A stretch of 53,735 bases of DNA from Faecousia sp. (GCA_045129455.1 JBGVJN010000015.1:1-53735); one strand, 5' to 3'. Shown: positions 1 through 7,730, numbered from the stretch's first letter. Program-made: numbers and translations. The notes: generated by a model not told the origin, from the letters alone.

Positions 1-199
1 CAGTAGTGTCGAAGCGGTTGGAAAGGATGGATGTAAAGCGGACGATGAACTGACCCACGCTCAATTCCTCGATGTCCCTTGCCATCATTTCGGCTTTGAT
101 TTCATCCCGCAGGGTTTCGGCTTCGGCCTTTGCTTCCTCAATCAGTTCTTCCAAGTCCCGCAGGGCTTCAATTTTCGTGGTAATTTCATTTGCAGACAT
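1..199 (-). CDS. Small coiled-coil hypothetical protein of clostridial mobile elements (3' end outside window)
   Basis: AAAGGAG RBS; reads MSANEITTKIEALRDLEELIEEAKAEAETLRDEIKAEM...SNRFDTT; not in the ORF track because it is open-ended. Confidence 0.75.
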   Translation of the reverse strand, partial: MSANEITTKIEALRDLEELIEEAKAEAETLRDEIKAEMMARDIEELSVGQFIVRFTSILSNRFDTT

Positions 200-326
200 T
201 TTTCATTTCTCCTTTTATTGTTTGGTGGTTGCCGTCTTTCCGTGCTGCCTTAGCCACGCTACCAATTTCGCAAGGCGGTTTGTTTGGGCTTCGTCAACTT
301 GTCCGCTCTCATTTACAAGGATATTA

Positions 327-413
327 TAGCACGAAAAACCGTGCAAGTCTATTGACATATTGCACGAAAGTTAGTGCTTTTTACTGTGTATTTTTGCACT
401 TGATTTCGTGCAA
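327..413. promoter_or_regulatory. Three 20-bp operators T(T/A)GCAC-N8-GTGC(A/T)(A/T) between divergent genes
   Basis: TAGCACgaaaaaccGTGCAA 327-346, TTGCACgaaagttaGTGCTT 360-379, TTGCACttgatttcGTGCAA 394-413. Confidence 0.75.
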
Positions 414-457
414 CATTTCCAGTATAATATGGACAATGGGAAAGGAGGCGGTTGTTC

Positions 458-664
458 ATGCCGTTGCGATATAAAATAGATGTTCTCAACGCCTTAAAAG
501 AGAAAGGCTACAATACAAACAAAATTAGAACGGAGGGCCTGCTGAGCCAATCCACCTTGCAGAAGTTCCGGCAGCAGCAAGGTGTTTCGTGGGAAAATCT
601 TGAAACTCTCTGCCGCTTGTTGGAATGCCAGCCCGGCGATTTGCTGGAATACACTGAGGATTGA
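458..664 (+). CDS. Cro/C1-type (HTH_26-like) transcriptional regulator
   Basis: AAGGAGG RBS; 68 aa with the motif LETLCRLLECQPGDLLEY. Confidence 0.9.
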   Translation: MPLRYKIDVLNALKEKGYNTNKIRTEGLLSQSTLQKFRQQQGVSWENLETLCRLLECQPGDLLEYTED

Positions 665-825
665 CGGGGCGTATATTACAGGAAGCCAAAAGCGTCAAAT
701 CACGATAGCCGTCTAGCGTGACCGTGCCCGTTTCCCTAAGGCATTTTGTTTCCGGATTACGGTTTTCATGGCCATCATCGATAAGACCATCTCTTCCCCG
801 TCAGACGGGGATAAACGAAAAATAA

Positions 826-858
826 CGGCAGCCGTTCCGTTTTGGAACTGGCTGCCGC
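826..858 (-). terminator. Intrinsic terminator after the small ORF pair
   Basis: CGGCAGCCGTTCC/GGAACTGGCTGCCG hairpin followed by a T-rich tract on the - strand. Confidence 0.65.
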
Positions 859-861
859 CTT

Positions 862-993
862 TTATTTGAAGTCTTTGAGGATTTCCTTCATTGCTTCATC
901 GATTGTGGTTTTTAGACTCTTGTGGATGAGCGCCATTATCGTTGCTTCGAGAACACCCTTCTTGCGCTTCTTCTTTCGCCTGGATTCGTTCAT
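862..993 (-). CDS. 43-aa basic hypothetical protein
   Basis: MNESRRKKKRKKGVLEATIMALIHKSLKTTIDEAMKEILKDFK; ATGA overlap with the upstream ORF; terminator immediately after. Confidence 0.6.
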   Translation of the reverse strand: MNESRRKKKRKKGVLEATIMALIHKSLKTTIDEAMKEILKDFK

Positions 994-1154
994 TTCACGC
1001 TAACCTCACTTCTGACGATGACTTCTTCCTCGTCGTCCTGTGTGTAAAGCCGCTGCTCGACGTAGTTCTCCGTGGCGGATTTGCCGTTGAGCTGATACCA
1101 GTAGCGGGAGGGAAGCGTGCCTTGCTGATAGGAAAGTAATGTTGTAATATCCAT
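990..1154 (-). CDS. 54-aa hypothetical protein with acidic patch
   Basis: AAAGGAG RBS; MDITTLLSYQQGTLPSRYWYQLNGKSATENYVEQRLYTQDDEEEVIVRSEVSVK. Confidence 0.65.
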   Translation of the reverse strand: MDITTLLSYQQGTLPSRYWYQLNGKSATENYVEQRLYTQDDEEEVIVRSEVSVK

Positions 1155-1303
1155 CTTGGTTTCTCCTTTATATCGTATTTACGAGGGCAGCCGCAAGCGG
1201 CTGTCCCTCGCCGCTGTTAGTTTGTGGCTAAGCCACAAACTAACGCGGAACCTCCATATATTCATAAAAACCATAAGGGGGAATTTGGCCAAAGCCGCCC
1301 AAT

Positions 1304-1361
1304 CAAGTCAAACATTTCCAAGATAATAGGAGGGGTATATATTCCGGAAAAGTCTGACTTG
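1304..1361. repeat. 58-bp imperfect palindrome, copy 1
   Basis: CAAGTCAAACATTTCCAAGATAATA...TATATTCCGGAAAAGTCTGACTTG. Confidence 0.85.
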
Positions 1362-1395
1362 AAATAAAAAAGCAACTGTCGATAGTTGACAGTTG

Positions 1396-2043
1396 CTATT
1401 TCACATATTCATCTTCCAAGATGTTGATGAGTTGTTCAATCTCATCCTGATAGATTGCGTTGTTCTTCATTTTGGGTCTGCGGCAAGGGTGGCCGCCTAC
1501 ATAGTTAAACATCCGGAAATAGGCTGCATCCGTTCCCTCCTTGGGTTTGTATTCCCAGTAAATGTGCCACCCGGCGCAGTAAACTTCCTTCTTGATTTCT
1601 TCGCAGACCCGCGCCCCGTCTTTGCGCTTCTGAATTGCGTAATAAACGCAATCATCCCGGTCGAATGCAACGAAGTCAATCGTGCCTAAATACGCCACCC
1701 ACTTACCAATCGTTTTGCTGGAGGGTGGGTCTGCTTCACCTTCTTCTTTCAACTTGCTGGCCATCACCTCGTATGGTTGCGTGGCAAACTCAGGGCAGCA
1801 AAATAGATAGTAATACAGTATTTTGAGCTTCTGAAAATCTGCTTGTGCAGGGATGCCCAGGGTGGTGATACAGAACAGGCGGAAAGGGTCATTGATAGCG
1901 GTAATGGTCAGCGTATAATTCTTCCATCCATCTATGATGTATTCCACCCCATAGCCATCCAATTTCCGCTTGATGCCTTGACGGTCTTCCGTTCCAAGGA
2001 TACTAACGATTTCGTCCTTGGTATATGTTTTCAATTCCAACAT
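1396..2043 (-). CDS. Hypothetical 215-aa protein, possible winged-helix DNA-binding or replication protein
   Basis: AGGAGG RBS; HTH-like segment YEVMASKL...SSKTIGKWVAYL; function is inferred only. Confidence 0.7.
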   Translation of the reverse strand: MLELKTYTKDEIVSILGTEDRQGIKRKLDGYGVEYIIDGWKNYTLTITAINDPFRLFCITTLGIPAQADFQKLKILYYYLFCCPEFATQPYEVMASKLKEEGEADPPSSKTIGKWVAYLGTIDFVAFDRDDCVYYAIQKRKDGARVCEEIKKEVYCAGWHIYWEYKPKEGTDAAYFRMFNYVGGHPCRRPKMKNNAIYQDEIEQLINILEDEYVK

Positions 2044-2063
2044 TGCGATTCCTCCTTCTTATT

Positions 2064-2121
2064 CAAGTCAAACCTTTCCAAGATAATATAGGCTTTATAT
2101 ATGCCGGAAATGTTTGACTTG
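2064..2121. repeat. 58-bp imperfect palindrome, copy 2
   Basis: CAAGTCAAACCTTTCCAAGATAATA...TATATGCCGGAAATGTTTGACTTG; same length and arms as 1304-1361. Confidence 0.85.
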
Positions 2122-2130
2122 GTTTTGGTC

Positions 2131-2595
2131 TTATGCAGCATCACCCCGCATTTCTAAAACGGTTGCCGCCTTGACAATTTCAGGCTTGTTATAGAGGTAG
2201 AACAGTGGATTTTTTCGGAACTCGGGGAACTGCGCGATGAACCAATCCCGCACCAATGCATAACGGTTGGTCTGAATGACGGATGCCGAATACCGGAGGA
2301 AGCTATACTGTTCGAAGTAAACCTCGTTGTCCGGCAGAGCAGCCATAAAACGCTCCATATTCTCGTATTTGAGGTTCTTGAACTGATTGCAGCTAAACTT
2401 CTCACCGCTGCTGGAGGTGTAGCTGGTGGGTGTGCGGTGGCTCTTGCGCACCACGGTCAGGCCGGGGATTTCCTGCATCAGGCGGGTGTAGAGCTTGTAT
2501 TCTTTACACTCATCCGTAGGGTTGGCAATTGCATCTGCGAAGCCCTTGCTGATGGTTAGGGTCTTGTTGACAATATCCAACTTATACTTTTCCAT
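2131..2595 (-). CDS. Hypothetical protein, paralog of 2623-3096
   Basis: AAGGAG RBS; shares KT(L/I)T, L(K/N)(Y/F)xxMxxF and YxxxxxWFxxQF motifs with its neighbour. Confidence 0.8.
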   Translation of the reverse strand: MEKYKLDIVNKTLTISKGFADAIANPTDECKEYKLYTRLMQEIPGLTVVRKSHRTPTSYTSSSGEKFSCNQFKNLKYENMERFMAALPDNEVYFEQYSFLRYSASVIQTNRYALVRDWFIAQFPEFRKNPLFYLYNKPEIVKAATVLEMRGDAA

Positions 2596-2622
2596 AACTA
2601 TATTCTCCTTTTCTATTGGTTA

Positions 2623-3096
2623 TCAGGCTGCGTCGGCAGCATTGTCTTCTACGGAAGGGGTGGCGGCAGTATAAGCTACCACCAAAGAAACATTGTGGTC
2701 AGAAATGGCTTTCCGGGCTTCTGCTACATTGAAATCCTTGAACTGACCCAAGAACCATTTCTTGGTGAAAGGATACACGCTGCTACCAATCTCCTTGGCC
2801 ATCTTCTTTGCGCCCTCGTATCCATTCATAAGACTTGCGGAATTAGGCTGGATAGCGATGAACTTTTTCATCAGGTCGAAATTCAGGCCATCATAGGTTT
2901 CCTTGGCTTTGCTGCTGCGCTTCTTCTGCTCTTTGACAACCAGCTCGAAGTCAGGGTGAGCAGCCACCTTGGCAGCCAGTTCTTCGTAGATAGCTCCTTC
3001 ACCCTTACCAGCCTTGTCGAAGCTGGCCTTGGTTCCGGTGATGGTCTTGTCAACAAAGTTGATGACAAAGCGCGGTGCATTCTTCTTGTTTTCCAT
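2623..3096 (-). CDS. Hypothetical protein, paralog of 2131-2595
   Basis: AAGGAG RBS; same motifs as its neighbour. Confidence 0.8.
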   Translation of the reverse strand: MENKKNAPRFVINFVDKTITGTKASFDKAGKGEGAIYEELAAKVAAHPDFELVVKEQKKRSSKAKETYDGLNFDLMKKFIAIQPNSASLMNGYEGAKKMAKEIGSSVYPFTKKWFLGQFKDFNVAEARKAISDHNVSLVVAYTAATPSVEDNAADAA

Positions 3097-3341
3097 AATT
3101 TACTCCTTTATCTGCGGATAGGTCGCAACCCTTATTTTTATTTGAGTGGGTTTGTGTCCCTCACTCTTTACGCCCATATTATACCAAATGGGGTATCCAA
3201 TACTGTGGATACCCCAAAAAGATTTTTTACTTATTTCAGAAAATGTTTTGTGCAATTATGAATAAGAACTGTTCCAAGATGCACCGTTGTGTTCGATGAT
3301 GCCGATAAACGCTAAAAGATGTTGGGCGATGCACAAATATC

Positions 3342-3370
3342 TTGCATTTCTATTGATTTGGATATATAAT
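3342..3370 (+). promoter_or_regulatory. Sigma-A promoter pointing at the att site
   Basis: TTGCAT-N17-TATAAT. Confidence 0.6.
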
Positions 3371-3500
3371 AAATATAAAGGCATGCGGTCTGTTGCGGCG
3401 GAAAGAAAGTAGTCCCGTGAAGACAGGCCACGAAAAAGTCAGTGTTTTCAAGGGCTTCTGCGGCTGGTTAGAGCGATTACCCACGGGGCAACGCCCCGTG

Positions 3501-3549
3501 ATGCTTCACACGCATGAGGTCACAGGTTCGAGTCCTGTTGTCTCCACCA
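3501..3549 (+). other. 3' fragment of tRNA-Val(CAC) = attachment site of the integrated element
   Basis: Anticodon arm ATGC-TTCACAC-GCAT, T-arm ACAGG-TTCGAGT-CCTGT, acceptor 3' strand and ACCA; no matching 5' acceptor strand upstream. Confidence 0.85.
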
Positions 3550-3585
3550 AAAGAAAGACCACCCAACGGGTGGTCTTTTTCTTTT
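3550..3585 (+). terminator. tRNA terminator
   Basis: AAAGACCACCC-AAC-GGGTGGTCTTT followed by a T tract. Confidence 0.8.
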
Positions 3586-3786
3586 GGTGGAGAATAAACA
3601 ACGGACTCGAACCCATCTAAATGCGGCGCGGATGAGCGCCGCCGGCGAGGGCTGGACCGAGCCGCTCATTGATTTAATCGAGTCCTGTTGTCTCCTGCCG
3701 TAAGGCACAAACCGCAACCCACCCCACCCATTCGGGTGGTGTCTTTTTTTAGTGGCACAGGACTCGAACCCATTTAAATGCAACAG
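3585..3786. repeat. tRNA-associated structured repeat units containing inverted and direct copies of the tRNA-Val 3' end
   Basis: Inverted TGGTGGAGA..GGACTCGAACC 3585-3613; direct TCGAGTCCTGTTGTCTCC 3678-3695; inverted ACAGGACTCGAACC 3757-3770. Confidence 0.8.
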
Positions 3787-3817
3787 AGTGCGATTTGCTA
3801 AGGATGGAATTACCCGG

Positions 3818-4429
3818 TCAGTATTTGTAGTTCCGGAATTCATCAACACGATATTTCAAGACTTCCAAATGTGATAAATCATTTGGTACAAACAGATGAT
3901 CCTCTGTATTGCATTCCAACATAACTCGTTTGAGACACTCGCAGCTTTTTAGTGGTTCAAGAGACTTTATGATATATTTACGATCCATAGTGCTGAATAA
4001 CAGAAATTCTTCCAGCGAAGGTGCAGTAGGAAGAAGAGATAAGTCATAGCACATTTTCTTGCTTGCGGAAATAAAAATACCCTTTAAACTGTTGTTATTA
4101 CTCATATTCCAAAGAGATTTTGCAGCTCTCAAATTGTAGAAAAGCAGATATTCTACATTTTTAAGTTTCCCCAAAGCAGACAAATCCCTTACTTGTGTGT
4201 TTTGGAAAAAATAGATTGTTTTGAAGTTATCTCCATATTCCAGCACAAACTTATCGAATTCTGACTGCGTTAAGTTACTTAGCTGAACATGAGATACATC
4301 CTTATGAAACTGCATTTCTTTGTCTACATCTGCAAAATGCGTAAGAGGATTATTTGAAAAAGAAATAATCTCTTCGGAACTGTATGCTCTGCCAGAATAT
4401 AGATGAGAAATAAACTGGCTCATTTCCAA
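3818..4429 (-). CDS. Leucine-rich-repeat-like protein (low GC, foreign)
   Basis: LRR-like periodicity: DLSALGKLKNVEYL, DLSLLPTAPSLEEF, SLEPLKSCECLKRV. Confidence 0.7.
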   Translation of the reverse strand: MEMSQFISHLYSGRAYSSEEIISFSNNPLTHFADVDKEMQFHKDVSHVQLSNLTQSEFDKFVLEYGDNFKTIYFFQNTQVRDLSALGKLKNVEYLLFYNLRAAKSLWNMSNNNSLKGIFISASKKMCYDLSLLPTAPSLEEFLLFSTMDRKYIIKSLEPLKSCECLKRVMLECNTEDHLFVPNDLSHLEVLKYRVDEFRNYKY

Positions 4430-4583
4430 TCTCCCTTCGGCTTGAATTATTCACACATTCTGAAAATAATACTATCACTTTTTCTCGGGTTATTCAACTA
4501 GCACAGTGATTTATGTTCTCAAAGAGCGCACTTACTCACCACCGACTCAGCCGGTGGTGTTGCGCTATGTAGGACAACTGAGG

Positions 4584-4741
4584 AAAGGCTCCCTTGTGTA
4601 AAGGGAGCTGGCAAAAATCTATTTGATTTTTGACTGAGGGATTGTCAATCAGGCTGATGCTGCCATCGGCAATCCGCCTACTGGAACAATCCCCCAGTCA
4701 CGCTGCTCGCGTGACAGCCCCCTTTACACAAGGGGGCCTTT
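4584..4741. repeat. MITE/REP-like palindromic element with 27-bp terminal inverted repeats
   Basis: AAAGGCTCCCTTGTGTAAAGGGAGCTG ... CAGCCCCCTTTACACAAGGGGGCCTTT (2 mismatches); internal TGACTGAGGGATTG/CAATCCCCCAGTCA arms. Confidence 0.8.
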
Positions 4742-4784
4742 GGCACGGTGCAACTGGGAAAACTATCTTTGACAAATCCTGTGC

Positions 4785-4928
4785 CAGTCCGGTGGACTGT
4801 TGCTTGACCCCGGCTGGACGGGGTCAACACCTTAATTTTCGCCAAAGGCGAAAATGCAGACGAATCTCCTCAAGTCCACCGAAATCAGTAAAGGCCGCGT
4901 TTCCCAACCGGGAAACACGGCCTTTTTC
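4785..4928. repeat. Continuation of the structured repeat (CAGTCCGGTGGACTG palindrome, GGCTGGAC-loop hairpin, tRNA-like 3' end, terminator)
   Basis: Motifs shared with 3614-3695 and 48011-48197. Confidence 0.7.
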
Positions 4929-4946
4929 AGATATTCGTGTCATGCA

Positions 4947-5720
4947 TTAGTTCTGTGAATTGATTGCCTCGGTCAAGCGTGCTTCAAAACCTTCTTCATA
5001 GATGTCCTCATACAGATAATCTCGCAAAACGATCCTTCTGGGGAATTTGTCCGAGGGAAAATCAAAATAACAATCAATCTCATAAAATGGAAGCTCAGCC
5101 TCGTCCAAAGTCTTTCGCACATACAGCAGGATCTGGGCCAGGTTTGCAGGGGTGGCGCTCTTAGCGGAATACAAGTCAACATGCAACGAGATTATTCCGG
5201 CCTGTGCGCCCAAAATGGATAGATCATAAGAAGCATCCAGTTCCAGCGTATTACTGTCAATGTAGTTCTCCTTACCGTATAACGGATGCGAGTCTCGGCA
5301 CAGCAAATAGCCGCTAACGCTAATATCCTCTGCGTCGGGGATGGAAAATGAAACCGCATTGACCGCGTCTCTGTATTCGTCGGATAAGCGACCAAGGGTA
5401 TTGCTTTTGTTGGCGACTCGACGATTGTACATATTACCGCAGAGCTTCCCTATGTGATTATAGAACATTTCAAAATAACTGTCTTTACTTTTGTCTGAGA
5501 TAATTTGTACGTGATAATCCTCGCGTTTGTCGTTGTAGGCGATATATTTTATTCTGTAGTCAGAATCCGGATGGTTTTCCTTCAGATATTGCTCTGCGGA
5601 AAATCTAATAATGGCACGGGATACAGGATTTTCAGGATTCTCTTTTAAAACGGTGTCGACGATCCAACCCAGCAGCAGAACGCAAACAACAACAATTACA
5701 ACTATGCGTATCTTTTTCAT
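4947..5720 (-). CDS. Membrane-anchored hypothetical protein
   Basis: GGAGG RBS; N-terminal hydrophobic helix; AEQYLKENHP motif. Confidence 0.8.
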   Translation of the reverse strand: MKKIRIVVIVVVCVLLLGWIVDTVLKENPENPVSRAIIRFSAEQYLKENHPDSDYRIKYIAYNDKREDYHVQIISDKSKDSYFEMFYNHIGKLCGNMYNRRVANKSNTLGRLSDEYRDAVNAVSFSIPDAEDISVSGYLLCRDSHPLYGKENYIDSNTLELDASYDLSILGAQAGIISLHVDLYSAKSATPANLAQILLYVRKTLDEAELPFYEIDCYFDFPSDKFPRRIVLRDYLYEDIYEEGFEARLTEAINSQN

Positions 5721-5749
5721 TCTTATACCTCCGTCAGATGATAAGCATT

Positions 5750-6011
5750 CAGTAAACGATCCGTATACAGGGGTATCTTTTTGCCAAGAACAGCTTTGTA
5801 ACCTTGCTTACACTTACCTTACAATGATTTGCGGGTGTATACCTACAGTAATGATAACATTGGATCGTCAGAAAAGCAATCTATTTGTACTTGGTGCAGG
5901 AAACAGTGATCTGAAAAATTCCGCAGCCAAGAAGAACAACTCCCAGCAGCATCGTTAGCCAAAAGACCGGGAACGGGCGAGCCTGCTTGCTCTTGATTGG
6001 GTCTGTGTCAT
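5750..6011 (-). pseudogene. Degraded membrane-protein gene
   Basis: Strong AAAGGAG RBS and ATG give only 18 aa; a shifted frame reads FWLTMLLGVVLLGCGIFQITVSCTKYK then stops. Confidence 0.35.
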
Positions 6012-6209
6012 TGACAGTGCTCCTTTCCTGCTTTTTTTAGCACCTTACGGTGGGGCATTATAATACCTTCTATGGTAAAAAGAATATACCATTATTCCGC
6101 GGGCATATCAATGAAAGAAGGATTGTTCCATTGCTGCGTATGTGACCTATTATCCCGGACGCAGCTTTTGCGTTGAAAAAACCGACCTGCCAGATGGCAG
6201 GTCGGTTTT

Positions 6210-7730
6210 TCAACCTCTTTGGTAAAGGTAGTAGGTGTACTTGATACCACTGTAGTAGAAATCCGCGGTGCTGACGAGCGTAAAGTCGGAAGTGTCGGGA
6301 CTATAGCGGTCAAGGGTGTACCTGCGGGTGATGACGAAGTCCACCTCGCCGCTTTCGATAGCGTCCCGCTGATCATTCCACATCTGCGGGACATTGATAT
6401 TGAAGTAACAGAAATATCGGCAGCTGGGTTTTACGCCGGCCGCATAGTAAAAGCCGGAATCCAGAAAACCGTAATTGAGGATCTGGGGATCTTCCACGGT
6501 ATTTATGATCTGGGCGAACTTATACTGGGGATAATCTTCTTTTGCATAGCGCATCATATACGCGTTGCGGCTGCAGGTGAAGCTGACCGCAAACATGGCC
6601 ACAGTCAGCGACAGGATCGCTAAATTTTGCAGCCAGCGACTGTCTGCCAGCGCTTCCCGGAAAGTATCCAGCGGCAGCAGCCGCAGCAGGCGGATGACAG
6701 CGATGGGGCCGTAGACCGCAAAGGCGGCAAAGACAAATGCGTAGTAGGGGTAAGGCCGCATTCCCCAATAGGTGCCAACCACCAGCACCAGGAAAGAAAG
6801 CACCGCAGCCAGCAGGATCCGCCAGTGCTTGCGAATATCTGCCAGCAGCCCCAGGGCGCCGATGCCGATCATGGTAAAAACGGCGGCATTATTTTCAGCC
6901 ACATTGACCATGATCTGCCAATACAGCTCGATCCGGCTCACATCCTCTGTCTCCGCTTCGACGGGATAAAGGAAGATGTTGTTGTAGAAGTATACCTCGA
7001 TCAGATCCGCCACCGCGCCATGGTACAGGAAATAGGCAAAGACTACGGCGCTGACCGCGGCGATCCCCAGCAGGAAGCCTCCCACGGTGATGCCCAGCTG
7101 CTTCCACTGGGGCTTGGGGAACATATAGCTGATGAGGATATACAGGGCAAGACCCAAATAAAAGCCCAAGCCTGTGAATTTGATCCACAGGACCATGGAG
7201 GCAAAGACGCCGTTGAGGAAGGCCTCCGTAAAGGTCAGCGTTCTTTCTTCCCGGGCAGCCCGGGTGACGGAATACAGACCGTAGACCAGCATAAAGAGGC
7301 AAAGTCCTTCCGCGCTGGAGCCGTGGGAAAAGGCGGCGCTGATGGGGATCAGCGCTCCCAAAACCACGATGATCCAGTAGATCACCTTGCACTGCCCCAG
7401 ATAGACCTGGGCCAGCTTACCGCTGAGATACAGGAAAAGACCGAAACAGATGACCTCCAGGATAAAAACGCCCCAGAAGGTATCCCGGGAGATCAAAGCA
7501 GCCAGGGCATACAGGAAGTATAGCACAGGCCCTTTTTGCTCATACAGATCCATATAAGGCACCTGACCATCCAGGATCCCCCGTCCCATGGTGAAGAAGC
7601 AGTGGACATCCACCCAGTCATTCATGGCATACAGAGGGGAGCTTTTGGAGTGGATCAGCAAAAACAGGGCAGCGATCCCCATGGAGAAGAGCAGTAACCG
7701 GTGATCCCGGGATAAGCGACGAAATTTCAT
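6210..7730 (-). CDS. Polytopic GT-C-type (ArnT/PMT-like) glycosyltransferase
   Basis: Many TM helices; DWVDVHCF and PYMDLYEQKGP loop motifs. Confidence 0.75.
   Translation of the reverse strand: MKFRRLSRDHRLLLFSMGIAALFLLIHSKSSPLYAMNDWVDVHCFFTMGRGILDGQVPYMDLYEQKGPVLYFLYALAALISRDTFWGVFILEVICFGLFLYLSGKLAQVYLGQCKVIYWIIVVLGALIPISAAFSHGSSAEGLCLFMLVYGLYSVTRAAREERTLTFTEAFLNGVFASMVLWIKFTGLGFYLGLALYILISYMFPKPQWKQLGITVGGFLLGIAAVSAVVFAYFLYHGAVADLIEVYFYNNIFLYPVEAETEDVSRIELYWQIMVNVAENNAAVFTMIGIGALGLLADIRKHWRILLAAVLSFLVLVVGTYWGMRPYPYYAFVFAAFAVYGPIAVIRLLRLLPLDTFREALADSRWLQNLAILSLTVAMFAVSFTCSRNAYMMRYAKEDYPQYKFAQIINTVEDPQILNYGFLDSGFYYAAGVKPSCRYFCYFNINVPQMWNDQRDAIESGEVDFVITRRYTLDRYSPDTSDFTLVSTADFYYSGIKYTYYLYQRG

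Larger units (their letters stand above)
1..3549. mobile_element. Right end of a tRNA-Val-integrated element (IME/ICE/prophage-like); continues left of the window
   Basis: Cro/C1 HTH switch, small hypothetical genes and lower GC than the core genes; bounded by a tRNA 3' fragment lacking its 5' half. No integrase is in view. Confidence 0.75.

Noticed and set aside
3460-3549. Intact or intron-containing tRNA-Val
   Set aside because: No 5' acceptor strand complementary to TGTCTCC; best explained as an att-site fragment
3525-4930. CRISPR array
   Set aside because: Repeats are few, of mixed orientation and irregularly spaced; no cas genes
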